Assembly (NCBI GenBank): GCA_965204575.1
Contig: OZ241993.1
Span: 1,120,001-1,184,000 of the forward strand
Direction of reading: 5' to 3'
DNA: 64,000 nt
Source: an uncultured candidatus Porisulfidus sp.
GTDB lineage: Bacteria > Pseudomonadota > Gammaproteobacteria > Poriferisulfidales > Poriferisulfidaceae
The notes under the pieces: model-generated
What the model was told of the DNA's origin: nothing
The model's input: only the letters and a program-made list of their open reading frames with translations
Database searches by the model: none
Shown: one piece after another, positions 50,819-61,425 of the stretch
Layout of the letters: the number at the start of each line of letters is the position of its first letter
Numbering within the stretch: position 1 is the first letter of the stretch
Translations under genes and position numbers: made by a program

Positions 50819-52135
50819 ATGTCTGATACCGACAATGCAGCAGAAACGTCATGTAACAAATTAGATTACTCTAAAGAGGATAACGCGGAGAAGAAACAAA
50901 GCTGGAATCCGCCAGAACTTGAATGTTGGCAGAAAGCAATTTTTTGGTTCAGCGTTTTTGCTGTTATAGGAATTCCTGTCGCCCTTGCAATCGCTGCATT
51001 TTTTTGCCCCGAATGGCTACAGGGGGTTTGCATCGAGACAGGTCGGTCACTAGGTACTTTTATTCTTGTTTCTGGTGTCACACTTGCGTTCCCGATGGGC
51101 ATAATTGCAATTCTATGGGTTCGCTACCGCATTGTTATTCATGTAGAGCAAGTCCAAGATCGCAGTACTGTCGAATCCCTTTTAGAACAGGCGTGCACGG
51201 CCGCGTGTCTTCTCGAATCCACAGAGAGTGAGAAGGATCAAGGCATAGAAAAGGCAAAATATGCCGATGCAATTCGTACTGAAGTCCAACGCCTTCGACA
51301 GGTTGGACCAGACGGATGGACCTACAACCAAACATTACATCTTGGTCTATTGCTTGTCGATGCTCTTGACAGTGAGGAAGAAGCAAGGGCTGAAGCAGAA
51401 CTTGCGCTTACACAGTTGGCTGATTACGTGGAAGATAGTTCAGCACCTTTCGATATGAGGCAATACAACAAATGGGATGAGCGCCTCAAAATCATTACGA
51501 ATCCGAAGAGCTCCGTGGAATACTGGAGGCTCAAACATTGTTCGGAATCTACAGAAGACCATAAATCCAGACTACTAGAACTAGGGAAATATAGGCTAAA
51601 GGCCCTAAAAGATTACATTACTGATATCGAATCTGATTGGGCTACTGGATCAGTTATTCTGCGCAACTTAAAATACAGTTCTATTGCCACCATTCTCGCT
51701 TTCTTATTAGTTGCTTTTTTCCCTGTTATTGCCACATGGTGCACAAGTTCCGGTAATCCTGAATTTGGATGGTTTGAATGGGGGCTCTTGGGGTCTGTTG
51801 GCGCGCTTCTCTCGGTACTACACAAACAGCAAAAATATGACATTGTTGAATTAGGGAATACAGAAGGTCAGATAGAATTCTGGCGAGCATTCGCAGGCGG
51901 ATGCCTAGGGTTGGTTGCCGGATTGATCGCGTACGCTCTTATTAGGGCTGGAGTTGTGAGTGGCCGCCTATTTCCATCGTTTTGTGAGGGAGTTGTTCAG
52001 GAATGTGGAGAAGACAGTTCACTTTATCTGTCCCTGATTTGGGCTATTGGTGCAGGTTTCGGCTTCGAAAAAATCTTTGATCGAGTCAAACAAACATGGG
52101 GGGGCGATAGTGGTAGCTACAAACCAACCACTTAG
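50819..52135 (+). CDS. Hypothetical multi-pass membrane protein
   Basis: 2 N-terminal and ~4 C-terminal hydrophobic helices around a soluble helical domain. Confidence 0.8.
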   Translation: MSDTDNAAETSCNKLDYSKEDNAEKKQSWNPPELECWQKAIFWFSVFAVIGIPVALAIAAFFCPEWLQGVCIETGRSLGTFILVSGVTLAFPMGIIAILWVRYRIVIHVEQVQDRSTVESLLEQACTAACLLESTESEKDQGIEKAKYADAIRTEVQRLRQVGPDGWTYNQTLHLGLLLVDALDSEEEARAEAELALTQLADYVEDSSAPFDMRQYNKWDERLKIITNPKSSVEYWRLKHCSESTEDHKSRLLELGKYRLKALKDYITDIESDWATGSVILRNLKYSSIATILAFLLVAFFPVIATWCTSSGNPEFGWFEWGLLGSVGALLSVLHKQQKYDIVELGNTEGQIEFWRAFAGGCLGLVAGLIAYALIRAGVVSGRLFPSFCEGVVQECGEDSSLYLSLIWAIGAGFGFEKIFDRVKQTWGGDSGSYKPTT

Positions 52136-53315
52136 TTCGATAGATTTGGCGGTGGTCAATAAGTTGGAAGCACTAGAAACTCCTGCTTTCGTCTACAACC
52201 AATCAATTTTGCTGGGAAACGTTACAAATATTTCGAAAATCACTCAGGAACGAGACTGCAAAGTACTGTATACGCCTAAAGCCAACGCAATTCATGCTGT
52301 CTTGAGTCTTATTGGGAATTATGTCGATGGATTTGCTACAAGTTCAGTGTTCGAGGCACGGCTTGCTCGCGAAGTTATTGGCCAAAACGGTTCCATCCAT
52401 CTGACTAGCCCTGGACTTCGCCCCAACGATGTTTCCGAGACTGCATCACTCTGCGACTACGTCTCGTTTAATTCCCTAAACCAGTGGCAGACTTACGGAC
52501 AGGAATTTCACACTCGAGTTAAATGTGGACTCCGGGTTAACCCCGGGATGTCGTTGGTGCAAGATATCCGTTACGATCCCTGTTGCTCAAACTCTAAACT
52601 TGGTATACCTATAGAAGATCTTAAAGACGCGTATCACCAAAAACCTAATTTAACCAAGGAAATTTCAGGATTACACTTTCATACAAATAGCGAATCCAGT
52701 AGTTTTTCTGGTTTACTTGCCACCGTTCGTCATCTAGTTGATGTTCTGGGGCCTTCATTGGAAAGAATGGAGTGGATTAATCTTGGTGGGGGCTACTTAT
52801 TCGACAATCCGGAGGCGTTGGAGGAATTCTATGAATGCATAGATATGCTGCGATCTGATTTCGAACTAGAGATTTTTATCGAGCCCGGTACTGCTATGGT
52901 GTGCAATGCCTGTTATTTAGTGGCTTCGGTGGTGGATGTATTTTCAAGCGGTGACAAATATATCGCTGTTTTAGACACTACTACGAGCCACTGGCCCGAG
53001 GTGTTTGAGTACCAATTTGAACCCGACGTGATTGGCGATGAAGAAGACGGGGAATTTGAATATATCCTTGCTGGGAGCTCCTGCCTATCTGGTGACATTT
53101 TTGGGAAAGCTTATGCATTTAATCAGCGTATGGAAATCGGGTCCAAGGTCATATTTTCTGATGCAGGAGCGTACTCTTTAGTCAAAGCTAGCTACTTTAA
53201 TGGCATCAACCTACCAACCATTTACGCCTTGACTACAGAGGGAGACCTGTTGCTTCAAAAAAGATTTGTCTATGCCGACTTTATGCGTCAATGTGGGGCA
53301 GGACCAATCGATTGA
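52110..53315 (+). CDS. Carboxynorspermidine decarboxylase-like fold-III PLP enzyme
   Basis: TPAFVY, PKAN, SS.FEARLA, RVNP, YDPC..SKLG, GLHFH, NLGGG, IEPG, CLSGD, FNGINLP; start uncertain. Confidence 0.85.
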   Translation: MVATNQPLSSIDLAVVNKLEALETPAFVYNQSILLGNVTNISKITQERDCKVLYTPKANAIHAVLSLIGNYVDGFATSSVFEARLAREVIGQNGSIHLTSPGLRPNDVSETASLCDYVSFNSLNQWQTYGQEFHTRVKCGLRVNPGMSLVQDIRYDPCCSNSKLGIPIEDLKDAYHQKPNLTKEISGLHFHTNSESSSFSGLLATVRHLVDVLGPSLERMEWINLGGGYLFDNPEALEEFYECIDMLRSDFELEIFIEPGTAMVCNACYLVASVVDVFSSGDKYIAVLDTTTSHWPEVFEYQFEPDVIGDEEDGEFEYILAGSSCLSGDIFGKAYAFNQRMEIGSKVIFSDAGAYSLVKASYFNGINLPTIYALTTEGDLLLQKRFVYADFMRQCGAGPID

Positions 53316-53374
53316 TTAGCATAGTCAAAAATTTCCTTTCGCTATAATGCTTCCCCCTTACGCGTCTACTAGGC

Positions 53375-54802
53375 ATGTGGATCATGCGGATTTCTGAACA
53401 AATCCTGACACTTCCCATTCAGCCTAATACGCTTGATTTTCTGGATCAAGTTCGAAGTGTACCGGGCTTCCCCACGTTTGGGGAGACTATGCCAGTCCGT
53501 TTTGCGGTCACAAAATCTGACCCCACCATGAGTGAGTGCGAAATTGGGGTCTTAGAAGGCTTCAGGTCTGAGGCTATGTCTGACCCTCTATTCGGATTTC
53601 GGGAGCGTGGTAAACCTCGTCACGGCAGTTTCAATGTTGTTTTTATTGTTCCCACAGGCATAGGCGCGGCTATTGGTGGCCATGCAGGCGATGCAACTCC
53701 TGCAGTTCGTGTGCTTGCCGGCATTTGCGACAACCTAATAACGCATCCAAACGCTGTGAATGCAAGCGACTTAAACGAAATGACAGAAAACACCTTGTAT
53801 GTTGAGGGTAGTGCTCTAACTCGCTTCCTTATGGGCACCGTCGGTCTTGGAAAAGTGAGATCGAATCGTGTGCTGACAATCATAGATAGCCATGCAGAAG
53901 ATGTCTTTGTTCATATTGCTGTGAATGCGGTGAGTGCAGCACGCGCATCTTTTGGCCTCAACTGTCCTAAAATTTTAAAAATGGAACAGCCTGTCCAATT
54001 GAGTACACGGTATACGGATTCAGGGCGGACTGTCAGTAGGATCGATAACTTTGCAGCTCTCTACGATGTGTTAGAAGCAGAGCGCAATAATTTTGATGCT
54101 ATAGCAATTGCATCAGTAATTGATGTGCCAGAGGACTACCATCAGGATTATTTTGTGGCTGGCGGTGAGTTGGCGAATCCGTGGGGTCAGGCAGAGGCTC
54201 TGCTGACTCACACAATTTCGACATTATTTAATGTGCCCTCGGCTCATTCGCCAATGCTTGAAACCGATGAAATTGCCAATGCTGATGTCGGGATAGTCGA
54301 GCCCCGGTTAGCAGCCGAAGCGGTGTCAATGGCATTTCTACACTGCGTTTTGAAGGGCCTGCATAGAAGCCCCTCCATAATTCTTGATCCAGATGAAATC
54401 AAATATGGTTCTGGCTTGTGCGCCGAAGACATAGATTGCCTTGTTATACCAGCAGGGTGTCTTGGGGTGCCAACCTATGCAGCACTTCGGCAACGTATAC
54501 CTGTCATTGCCGTTCGTGAGAATACTAATCTGATGCAGAATAATCTCTCGATGCTGCCATGGTTAGAGGGACAGTTTTTTGAAGTTGATAACTATCTCGA
54601 AGCAGCTGGACTAGTGGCGGCGATGCGTGCTGGAGTTGATCCCACAACTATTCGCCGTCCTTTGGGTTGGACAATGATGCAGGAAGTCACCGATCCGGCA
54701 TCACAGGATACTGAGGCAGTACGTATGGAATCTATTGCCGAAGAAATCAGGGAGTCTCAAACTAATGATTGCCAACTTACAGAAATAAAAGAGCCAAAGT
54801 AA
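53375..54802 (+). CDS. DUF3326-family protein
   Basis: IVPTGIGAAIGGHAGDA, THPNAVNA, YVEG, AH.P, PRLAAE, NYLEAAG. Confidence 0.8.
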   Translation: MWIMRISEQILTLPIQPNTLDFLDQVRSVPGFPTFGETMPVRFAVTKSDPTMSECEIGVLEGFRSEAMSDPLFGFRERGKPRHGSFNVVFIVPTGIGAAIGGHAGDATPAVRVLAGICDNLITHPNAVNASDLNEMTENTLYVEGSALTRFLMGTVGLGKVRSNRVLTIIDSHAEDVFVHIAVNAVSAARASFGLNCPKILKMEQPVQLSTRYTDSGRTVSRIDNFAALYDVLEAERNNFDAIAIASVIDVPEDYHQDYFVAGGELANPWGQAEALLTHTISTLFNVPSAHSPMLETDEIANADVGIVEPRLAAEAVSMAFLHCVLKGLHRSPSIILDPDEIKYGSGLCAEDIDCLVIPAGCLGVPTYAALRQRIPVIAVRENTNLMQNNLSMLPWLEGQFFEVDNYLEAAGLVAAMRAGVDPTTIRRPLGWTMMQEVTDPASQDTEAVRMESIAEEIRESQTNDCQLTEIKEPK

Positions 54803-54915
54803 AAACGGAGTTAGAAAGCCAGGCCAAATTTTTGGCGTCTGGACAGATCAATCTCTTGATCGGACCATACGGTGCCTGCCGGATTACTACTGCTCATGAT
54901 TGGCGATATGGCATG

Positions 54916-55842
54916 TCATGCGGCTTCTCTGAACTTCTCAAACCGCAATGCAAGTCGATCTTGATCTGGCCAGTCTTCGGTGCGCTTAGGCAAGTAAATC
55001 GCCTCATTGTTGAGCAACTTTAAGGCTTCAAGCATAGGGCCATCATTTTGATCCAGCAGTCGGTCAGAAACATGCAATCGGTAATCTGGATCAATACCAA
55101 TTAAATGAGCATCGAAAGCAGCATGATGGATTTTCGATAAAGGAATCCCGTTAGGGACTATGGGCTGACCAAGATTCTCATCTTTGTCTGGAATTATATG
55201 TGCGGCATCTAGGAGCAGGGGTTCCGGTATCCTCGATAGTGCGCAACGGCCGTCATAGGCGTTGATGACAGCCTCTCGGAAAGATCCTTGGTGTAGCCGC
55301 TGCTTTACTGTACGCAAAGCATAACTCCGCTCCAAGGCATTTTGAGGAGGAGTGAGCGTTTCTTGATCAGGCATACCGAAGGCCACATGTGCTTTTAATG
55401 CTTTGGCATCCCACCCAACAATATACGCTGGAACCATTGCTTGGTATCGCCCTGGCGCAATGCCCAAGAAATAGATGACGGGTATCTGATTCTCAAATGC
55501 CTCGCGTAGCCACCGATTGTCGGCCGTCTCCGGATTTCTTCCCATAAAGGCGTATTCGACTACCTCGTTGCCTTCGAATATTTGGCGGTGAACCTTACGT
55601 TGGTCGTCGTACCACACCCGGCTGCCGGGTCTCGGAAATACGGTTTTTATTGAAAGCAGAAATTGCATCTGCCGAGGTTTGAAGATTCCACGTTGAGGAT
55701 TGACGAGAGGGATTCGCTCGCCTTCGAAGATGAATCCCGGTTTCAGTTCGTTTGCAGTCAGGTGATCGTGTACTTCGCTGAGTTTTCGAACACACTCGAA
55801 AGCTGCCATCCGCATCCGGATATCTCTGTCGTTTCCGGCCAT
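54916..55842 (-). CDS. HNH endonuclease, probable modification-dependent restriction enzyme
   Basis: RLHQGSFREAV..AY..RCALS, LDAAHI, NGIPLSKIHHAAFD. Confidence 0.88.
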   Translation of the reverse strand: MAGNDRDIRMRMAAFECVRKLSEVHDHLTANELKPGFIFEGERIPLVNPQRGIFKPRQMQFLLSIKTVFPRPGSRVWYDDQRKVHRQIFEGNEVVEYAFMGRNPETADNRWLREAFENQIPVIYFLGIAPGRYQAMVPAYIVGWDAKALKAHVAFGMPDQETLTPPQNALERSYALRTVKQRLHQGSFREAVINAYDGRCALSRIPEPLLLDAAHIIPDKDENLGQPIVPNGIPLSKIHHAAFDAHLIGIDPDYRLHVSDRLLDQNDGPMLEALKLLNNEAIYLPKRTEDWPDQDRLALRFEKFREAA

Positions 55843-55960
55843 CGAGATTATTGATCCTTCTTGAGCACACTTATTGTGCCATGCCATGAAGCCAAGTTTG
55901 GGGAATTACATGGAAGAGTTGAAAACTCGTGTATAGTTGGCCAGTATGAAAGAGAAGGGC

Positions 55961-56143
55961 ATGTCTAATCTTCAAAAACCTGGGGAACGGCCGCATGCGC
56001 CAGGTGAATACGTCGAGCGAGGGCCACGTGGGGGCATGGTGCCTGACCCACGGGAAGTGACGATAGAACCTGGAGACAATCCACTACCGCCGACCCAAGA
56101 ATCAGGGCGGACGTGGGAGCGGACAGGCCCGACGAAGAAATAA
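55961..56143 (+). CDS. YjzC-family small protein
   Basis: KPGE...GEYVE.GPRGG..LPPT..G.TW. Confidence 0.75.
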   Translation: MSNLQKPGERPHAPGEYVERGPRGGMVPDPREVTIEPGDNPLPPTQESGRTWERTGPTKK

Positions 56144-56262
56144 AATCTGCACCCAGTAGCAGTCGTTTTTTGTGATGATATGCTGCGACCGTGCGCGACA
56201 TATGGGAATTCGGTTGATCGGCAAGGTTTGTGAGCGTAGTGTAACTTTAAGCCAACTCCGAT

Positions 56263-56949
56263 GTGAGAATATCATTTGAAGTCTTCTCCAGCATGAGTTT
56301 GTGTGAAACTTCTGGAGTTGGGGACCTTCCTGAAAGGCAAAAAAGCATCTACGAATGGATTAATAATACGCACCAGCTACCGGTCTATGCCGAGATATAC
56401 AAACTAGCCGCCACTCTTGTCGACCAGAAGCCACCTGGATATGTCACATTTGTGGCTCACGCAGGGCGGGAAATAGTAAATGGACTAGCTTTCGAAATCG
56501 TAGGAGAAGTAAGAAAACAAGTTCAGTATGCTCGGCGCCTCGATAAAATTTCTGACAAATGGGAAGATCAATGGGGCGCGTCAGTGCTTGATTCAGAACC
56601 ACCGGCCCACCATGAAATATCCTATGACGTTTGTGTGGACATAAGGGCGCTAATTGATGAGCATAGAGGAAAAGCTGGAGCTGATGAACGCGACTTACTT
56701 TCTCTTTCTATATTTCTTGGTTATAACGACAAGAGTTTGATACCTCGAAACTTCGCAAAAGAATGGAAAGCCGCGAGGGAAGGATTCTTCAAATATGCAC
56801 ATATTCGAAGAAACCAAATTTCTTCTGACGATGCAGCAGAACTCATAGAACATTTTAGAGTTTTGGAAACTTATCTCTCTATTTCTGCCACTAGCCAATA
56901 CGGACGAATAGGAGCACTTGATGAAATCTTGGGACAAACCAACAGATGA
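56263..56949 (+). CDS. Hypothetical helical protein
   Basis: 228-aa ORF in AT-rich DNA; AHAGRE and FFKYAH motifs. Confidence 0.75.
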   Translation: MRISFEVFSSMSLCETSGVGDLPERQKSIYEWINNTHQLPVYAEIYKLAATLVDQKPPGYVTFVAHAGREIVNGLAFEIVGEVRKQVQYARRLDKISDKWEDQWGASVLDSEPPAHHEISYDVCVDIRALIDEHRGKAGADERDLLSLSIFLGYNDKSLIPRNFAKEWKAAREGFFKYAHIRRNQISSDDAAELIEHFRVLETYLSISATSQYGRIGALDEILGQTNR

Positions 56950-59833
56950 GTTAGTGGAAAAAGCACTTCAGTCCGTTAAGACAGATGCGGACCGAAGATA
57001 TTTTTTCTCAAGGTTAGAAAATCCGAATTGGATTCAACCATTGCAGGAACGCGATTTTTTTAAGTATCCTCCAGGCATCAAACATCTTCCAAACGGGTAT
57101 ATCCAATATCCCTTTTGGATTGAACTTCAATACCTCAAGAACATTGTTAGCGAAGTACCTGAGGAAGTGGTCGAGATTCTGATTAATGTGCCAGAAACCG
57201 ATAACCCGCGGTTCTATGAGGATGTAGTTGATATTGCGCTGCAGCTTGACGCATCACTATCAGCAAAACTGAAGGAAAAAATTCTTGAATATGCCCGTGC
57301 CAAGCATCCTGTTCTCGTTTTCCGTTTTCATGAATTACTTCATCATTGGGCATGTAATGGCCAGTCTGAGGCGGCACTGGAGTTGGCCGAAGTACTTGTT
57401 GGATTCCAAGAAGACCCGCAGAAAGAAGAAAAGCAAAAACTTCACAAAGCAAATCCTGAGAGTTGGGGAGGGCAACTAGATCCACAGCCGCGTTTCGGAG
57501 AGTGGGAGTATGAACAAACGCTCACAGAAGGTATACGGCCGCTGGCAGAACATGCGCCCCACCGTACTGCCCAGCTCTTAATTCAAGCGGTCAACGACAT
57601 GCTATACATGCGGTTTCGTCCAGACCAACTTGAGAAAATTGGTAGTAACGATTATTCGACTGTTTGGTGTGAGCGAGTGAACTACTCCAACTTGGACTAT
57701 AAGGATTCGAAAGAGATTCTGATCCATGCATTGACTTTTGCATGCGAACAGGTCTATGGGAAAACTCCAGAATTTGTGGCAGATCTAGATGAGAAATTGC
57801 GAAGCCTCCGATGGGAGATTTTTGTGCGTATTCGCCAGCATCTTTATGCATCACATTTAAATGAACAAACCATGCCTTGGGTTCGAGAACAAATTCTTAT
57901 CCATGAAGACTACCACAAGTGGGAGCACCACTTCGAGTTTCAACGCATGCTTCGCCTTGCGTGTATCCATTTCAGACCTGACTTTCTTACTACTGATGAA
58001 AAAGAATCGATTTTTAAAGCCATTCTTAGTGGGCCATCTAAACGATCTTTCCAGGAATTTAGGGGCGATCAGTTTACAGAGGAATTGTTTGAGCAGCGAA
58101 AGCGCTATTTCCATAGGATGCAATTAAATCCGTTTCTTCCGGTTCTTTTCGGGCAGTATGCTAGTTATTTCGAAGAATTGCAGGAGGAACAAGAAGAGCC
58201 AATTGATGATGATAAGTATCCTCCTTATTTATCAGAAGGCGCAAAGCATGTAGAGGCTCGCAGCCCCAAGCCAGTGGAAGAACTAAAAGAAATGTCAGAT
58301 GAGGAACTTCTTCGATACCTAAATGAGTGGGACGATGTTCACCACGAATCCGAAAAATGGTGGGTGGAAATCACTTTCGAGGCGCTAGCTCAAGCATTTC
58401 AGTCAGTTTTCAAAGATACGATCCTGTATGAGGAAACACGATTGTGTTTCTGGGTAGAGCACTTAGGACAGATCCAACGGCCCATCTACCTGAGAGCAAT
58501 GGTATCTGCTCTACGCGAACATGTAGAGTCTAAACAATTCGACATGCTAGACCAATGTTTCGATATCTGTGAGTGGATATTGTCTCATCCTGATCTCCCT
58601 AAAGAAGATGGCATTAACCGTAGCGATGAATCCAAGGAATACCCAGATTGGCAAAGTGCACGTCGCGCAGTAAGTGGTTTTGTTGAGACATGCTTGAGCA
58701 AAGAAGTGGGCATTCCAGGATCGGTGCGCGCCAGTCTTGCCTCTTTATTGGAAAAACTTTGTACTCAATATGATAGACATTTGGATGAGAATGAGAGTGT
58801 TTTTTTAAATCAGGATGATCCACTCGCCGAAGCAATAAATAACACGCGAAGCCGAGCACTCGAGAGCGTGGTCGATTTTGGCTATTGGGTGCGTCGCCAA
58901 TCTGGGGATAATGAGGCAACCGTAGCCGAAGTGTTTGATATCCTTGATAGGAGGCTTGACTTGGGAACTGAATACCCCTTAACGCTTCCCGAGCATGTAA
59001 TTTTAGCGGTACGTTACGGTAGGGTCTATGGTCTGGACCGAGACTGGGCGATCAAGCATAAAAAGCACTTGTTTCCTGGGGAAGACCAGAGGAAATGGAG
59101 TAGGATCTTTGGGTATTTTCTCGAACGCCATCGCCCTTCTGGTCACATTTTTGATGTCTTCCGAAGTGACATGGAACATGCGCTTGAACAGATTAATTTG
59201 TTCGATATGAGTTCTAACAGGAGGATCGATTTCATTGATACACTGGGCCGACACTTATTTACATACTACTTATGGGAAATCTATCCACTTACAGGGGATG
59301 GCAGTTTGATTCAGAGGTTTTACGATAGGACCGAAGGAAGTAAAGAGCACTGGGCTCACCTATTTGATCATGTGGGGCGTTCTTTGAAAAATAGCAGCAA
59401 GCAATTACCCAATCAGATCAGATGTAGAATCATTGATTTTTTTGAGTGGCGTATTGAAAGCAGAGAATCGCTCGAACTCAAGGAGTTTACATTTTGGCTA
59501 AGGGCAGAATGTTTGGAGGCAGAATGGCGACTAAAATCATATTCAAGAGTTCTTGACATATGTACTCCGGAGTTTGGTAGTGCACATTTGGAAATTGATG
59601 CTCTTCTAGAGATGCGTGAAGAGCACACGGCATTGGTTATGGAATGTTTTGCCAAGTTGGTCGATCTTGCTGCGCACAACGACCAAATGTATATTCAAAC
59701 TGAAAAAGCAAGAGAAATCCTACAAAATGGTCTTGCTAGCAATGATGTTGAAATCCGAGAAAAAGCGAAAAGTATCCGTGAAGAATTAGTCCGACGTGGA
59801 CATTTTGAACTCTGGGATGGAGAGGATCAATAG
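56918..59833 (+). CDS. Large hypothetical helical protein
   Basis: 971-aa ORF; YFFSRLENPNW; no NTPase motif noticed. Confidence 0.85.
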   Translation: MMKSWDKPTDELVEKALQSVKTDADRRYFFSRLENPNWIQPLQERDFFKYPPGIKHLPNGYIQYPFWIELQYLKNIVSEVPEEVVEILINVPETDNPRFYEDVVDIALQLDASLSAKLKEKILEYARAKHPVLVFRFHELLHHWACNGQSEAALELAEVLVGFQEDPQKEEKQKLHKANPESWGGQLDPQPRFGEWEYEQTLTEGIRPLAEHAPHRTAQLLIQAVNDMLYMRFRPDQLEKIGSNDYSTVWCERVNYSNLDYKDSKEILIHALTFACEQVYGKTPEFVADLDEKLRSLRWEIFVRIRQHLYASHLNEQTMPWVREQILIHEDYHKWEHHFEFQRMLRLACIHFRPDFLTTDEKESIFKAILSGPSKRSFQEFRGDQFTEELFEQRKRYFHRMQLNPFLPVLFGQYASYFEELQEEQEEPIDDDKYPPYLSEGAKHVEARSPKPVEELKEMSDEELLRYLNEWDDVHHESEKWWVEITFEALAQAFQSVFKDTILYEETRLCFWVEHLGQIQRPIYLRAMVSALREHVESKQFDMLDQCFDICEWILSHPDLPKEDGINRSDESKEYPDWQSARRAVSGFVETCLSKEVGIPGSVRASLASLLEKLCTQYDRHLDENESVFLNQDDPLAEAINNTRSRALESVVDFGYWVRRQSGDNEATVAEVFDILDRRLDLGTEYPLTLPEHVILAVRYGRVYGLDRDWAIKHKKHLFPGEDQRKWSRIFGYFLERHRPSGHIFDVFRSDMEHALEQINLFDMSSNRRIDFIDTLGRHLFTYYLWEIYPLTGDGSLIQRFYDRTEGSKEHWAHLFDHVGRSLKNSSKQLPNQIRCRIIDFFEWRIESRESLELKEFTFWLRAECLEAEWRLKSYSRVLDICTPEFGSAHLEIDALLEMREEHTALVMECFAKLVDLAAHNDQMYIQTEKAREILQNGLASNDVEIREKAKSIREELVRRGHFELWDGEDQ

Positions 59834-59973
59834 TATCTATGCTTTCTCTTGCGTTTCCGTTAAACTAAAAAACTTTTGAAAAAATTTTAATAAAATCTGG
59901 ATGTTCTCCTCCTTGCAATCAAATTTAAGAACAGGGCGATAATATTAAGTGCTTTAAATTTCTAGGATAGTAA

Positions 59974-61425
59974 ATGTATAACAACGCATTTAACAGTATT
60001 GAGCGCGCCTTAAGATCTGAGGCAGGCATTGCTAACGAACTGGACTATGTGGAGCAAACCTCTTGGATACTGTTCCTAAAATATCTCTACGATCTTGAAA
60101 CTGAACGCCGTAACAAGGCTGAATTGATAGGTGAGAATTACACGCCTCTTATGGACCGAGACTTCCGCTGGGACCACTGGGCCGCACCCAAGACATCTGA
60201 GGGTGGCTTTGACTATAACGCGGCAATAATTGGTGACGACTTAATCGCTTTCATCGATAATCAACTGTTCCCCTACCTCTCCACTTTCCGACAAACGGCA
60301 GAGGGCCCATGTACGATTGAATACAAAATTGGAGAGATCTTCACCGAACTACGTAACAAATTTCGGTCTGGCTACATCCTTCGAGATGTACTTGAAATAG
60401 TCAATGGACTATCTTTCAACACTCAGGCTGAACGTCATGAACTGTCCGAGCTCTATGAGAGTCGTATTCGGCGTATGGGTAATGCGGGTCGCAATGGTGG
60501 CGAGTACTATACTCCACGTCCATTAATCCGCGCGATGGTCAAGGCCATCGATCCGAAGATCGGCGAAACGATCTACGATGGAGCCGTCGGTTCTGCAGGT
60601 TTCCTGTGTGAGGCTTGGGAGTATATGCGTCGTCCAGATATTACCGCCTCAGAGTTCGAATTTCTTCAACACGACACCCTGTTTGGACAGGAAAAGAAAT
60701 CACTCGCCTACATCATCGGGATCATGAACATGATCCTCCACGGAATTAATGCTCCGAATATTATCCATACCAATTCTCTCAACGAGAATGTATTGGACTT
60801 TCAAGAAAAAGACAGGCATGACATTATTCTTGCTAATCCTCCTTTCGGTGGGGGTGAGCGGCGTGAGGTTCAGCAAAATTTTCCTATCCGCTCGGGTGAG
60901 ACTGCCTATCTATTCCTGCAGCACTTCATTCGCAAGTTGAAAGCTGGTGGTCGAGCAGCGGTTGTGATAAAAAATACCTTCCTTAGCAACATTGATAACG
61001 CTGCGATAGCATTGCGACGTGAATTGCTGGATACCTGTACACTCCAGACCATCCTTGATTGCCCGCAAGGTACTTTCCTGGGCACAGGGAGTAAGACGGT
61101 GGTATTGTTTTTTAAAAAGGGTGCCCCTACGCGTGACATTTGGTATTACCAACTTGATCCCGGTCGATCTCTAGGCAAGACTGATCCACTAAATGATGAT
61201 GACTTGGCGGAATTTTCAGCACTATACAAATCCCTTGCTGAAGGTCCGCGAAGCTGGTGCGTAACCCGTGGCACTCTTGACGCGGAGACTCTGGATTTGT
61301 CGGTGAGAAACCCTAACACTCCCGAAGACCCTCCTCTGCGCAGTCCCAAATCGATTATTGCTGCTATGTTGTCCCGAGATACAAAAACAGAAGAGATTCT
61401 CGAAAATATTCGGAAAGCATTATGA
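59974..61425 (+). CDS. hsdM: Type I RM methyltransferase
   Basis: GEYYTPRPLI, DGAVGSAGFL, ANPPF. Confidence 0.95.
   Translation: MYNNAFNSIERALRSEAGIANELDYVEQTSWILFLKYLYDLETERRNKAELIGENYTPLMDRDFRWDHWAAPKTSEGGFDYNAAIIGDDLIAFIDNQLFPYLSTFRQTAEGPCTIEYKIGEIFTELRNKFRSGYILRDVLEIVNGLSFNTQAERHELSELYESRIRRMGNAGRNGGEYYTPRPLIRAMVKAIDPKIGETIYDGAVGSAGFLCEAWEYMRRPDITASEFEFLQHDTLFGQEKKSLAYIIGIMNMILHGINAPNIIHTNSLNENVLDFQEKDRHDIILANPPFGGGERREVQQNFPIRSGETAYLFLQHFIRKLKAGGRAAVVIKNTFLSNIDNAAIALRRELLDTCTLQTILDCPQGTFLGTGSKTVVLFFKKGAPTRDIWYYQLDPGRSLGKTDPLNDDDLAEFSALYKSLAEGPRSWCVTRGTLDAETLDLSVRNPNTPEDPPLRSPKSIIAAMLSRDTKTEEILENIRKAL

Noticed and set aside
52098-52104. G7 run at a gene junction as a phase-variation tract
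   Set aside because: Short, near the ORF end, and more likely serves as the RBS
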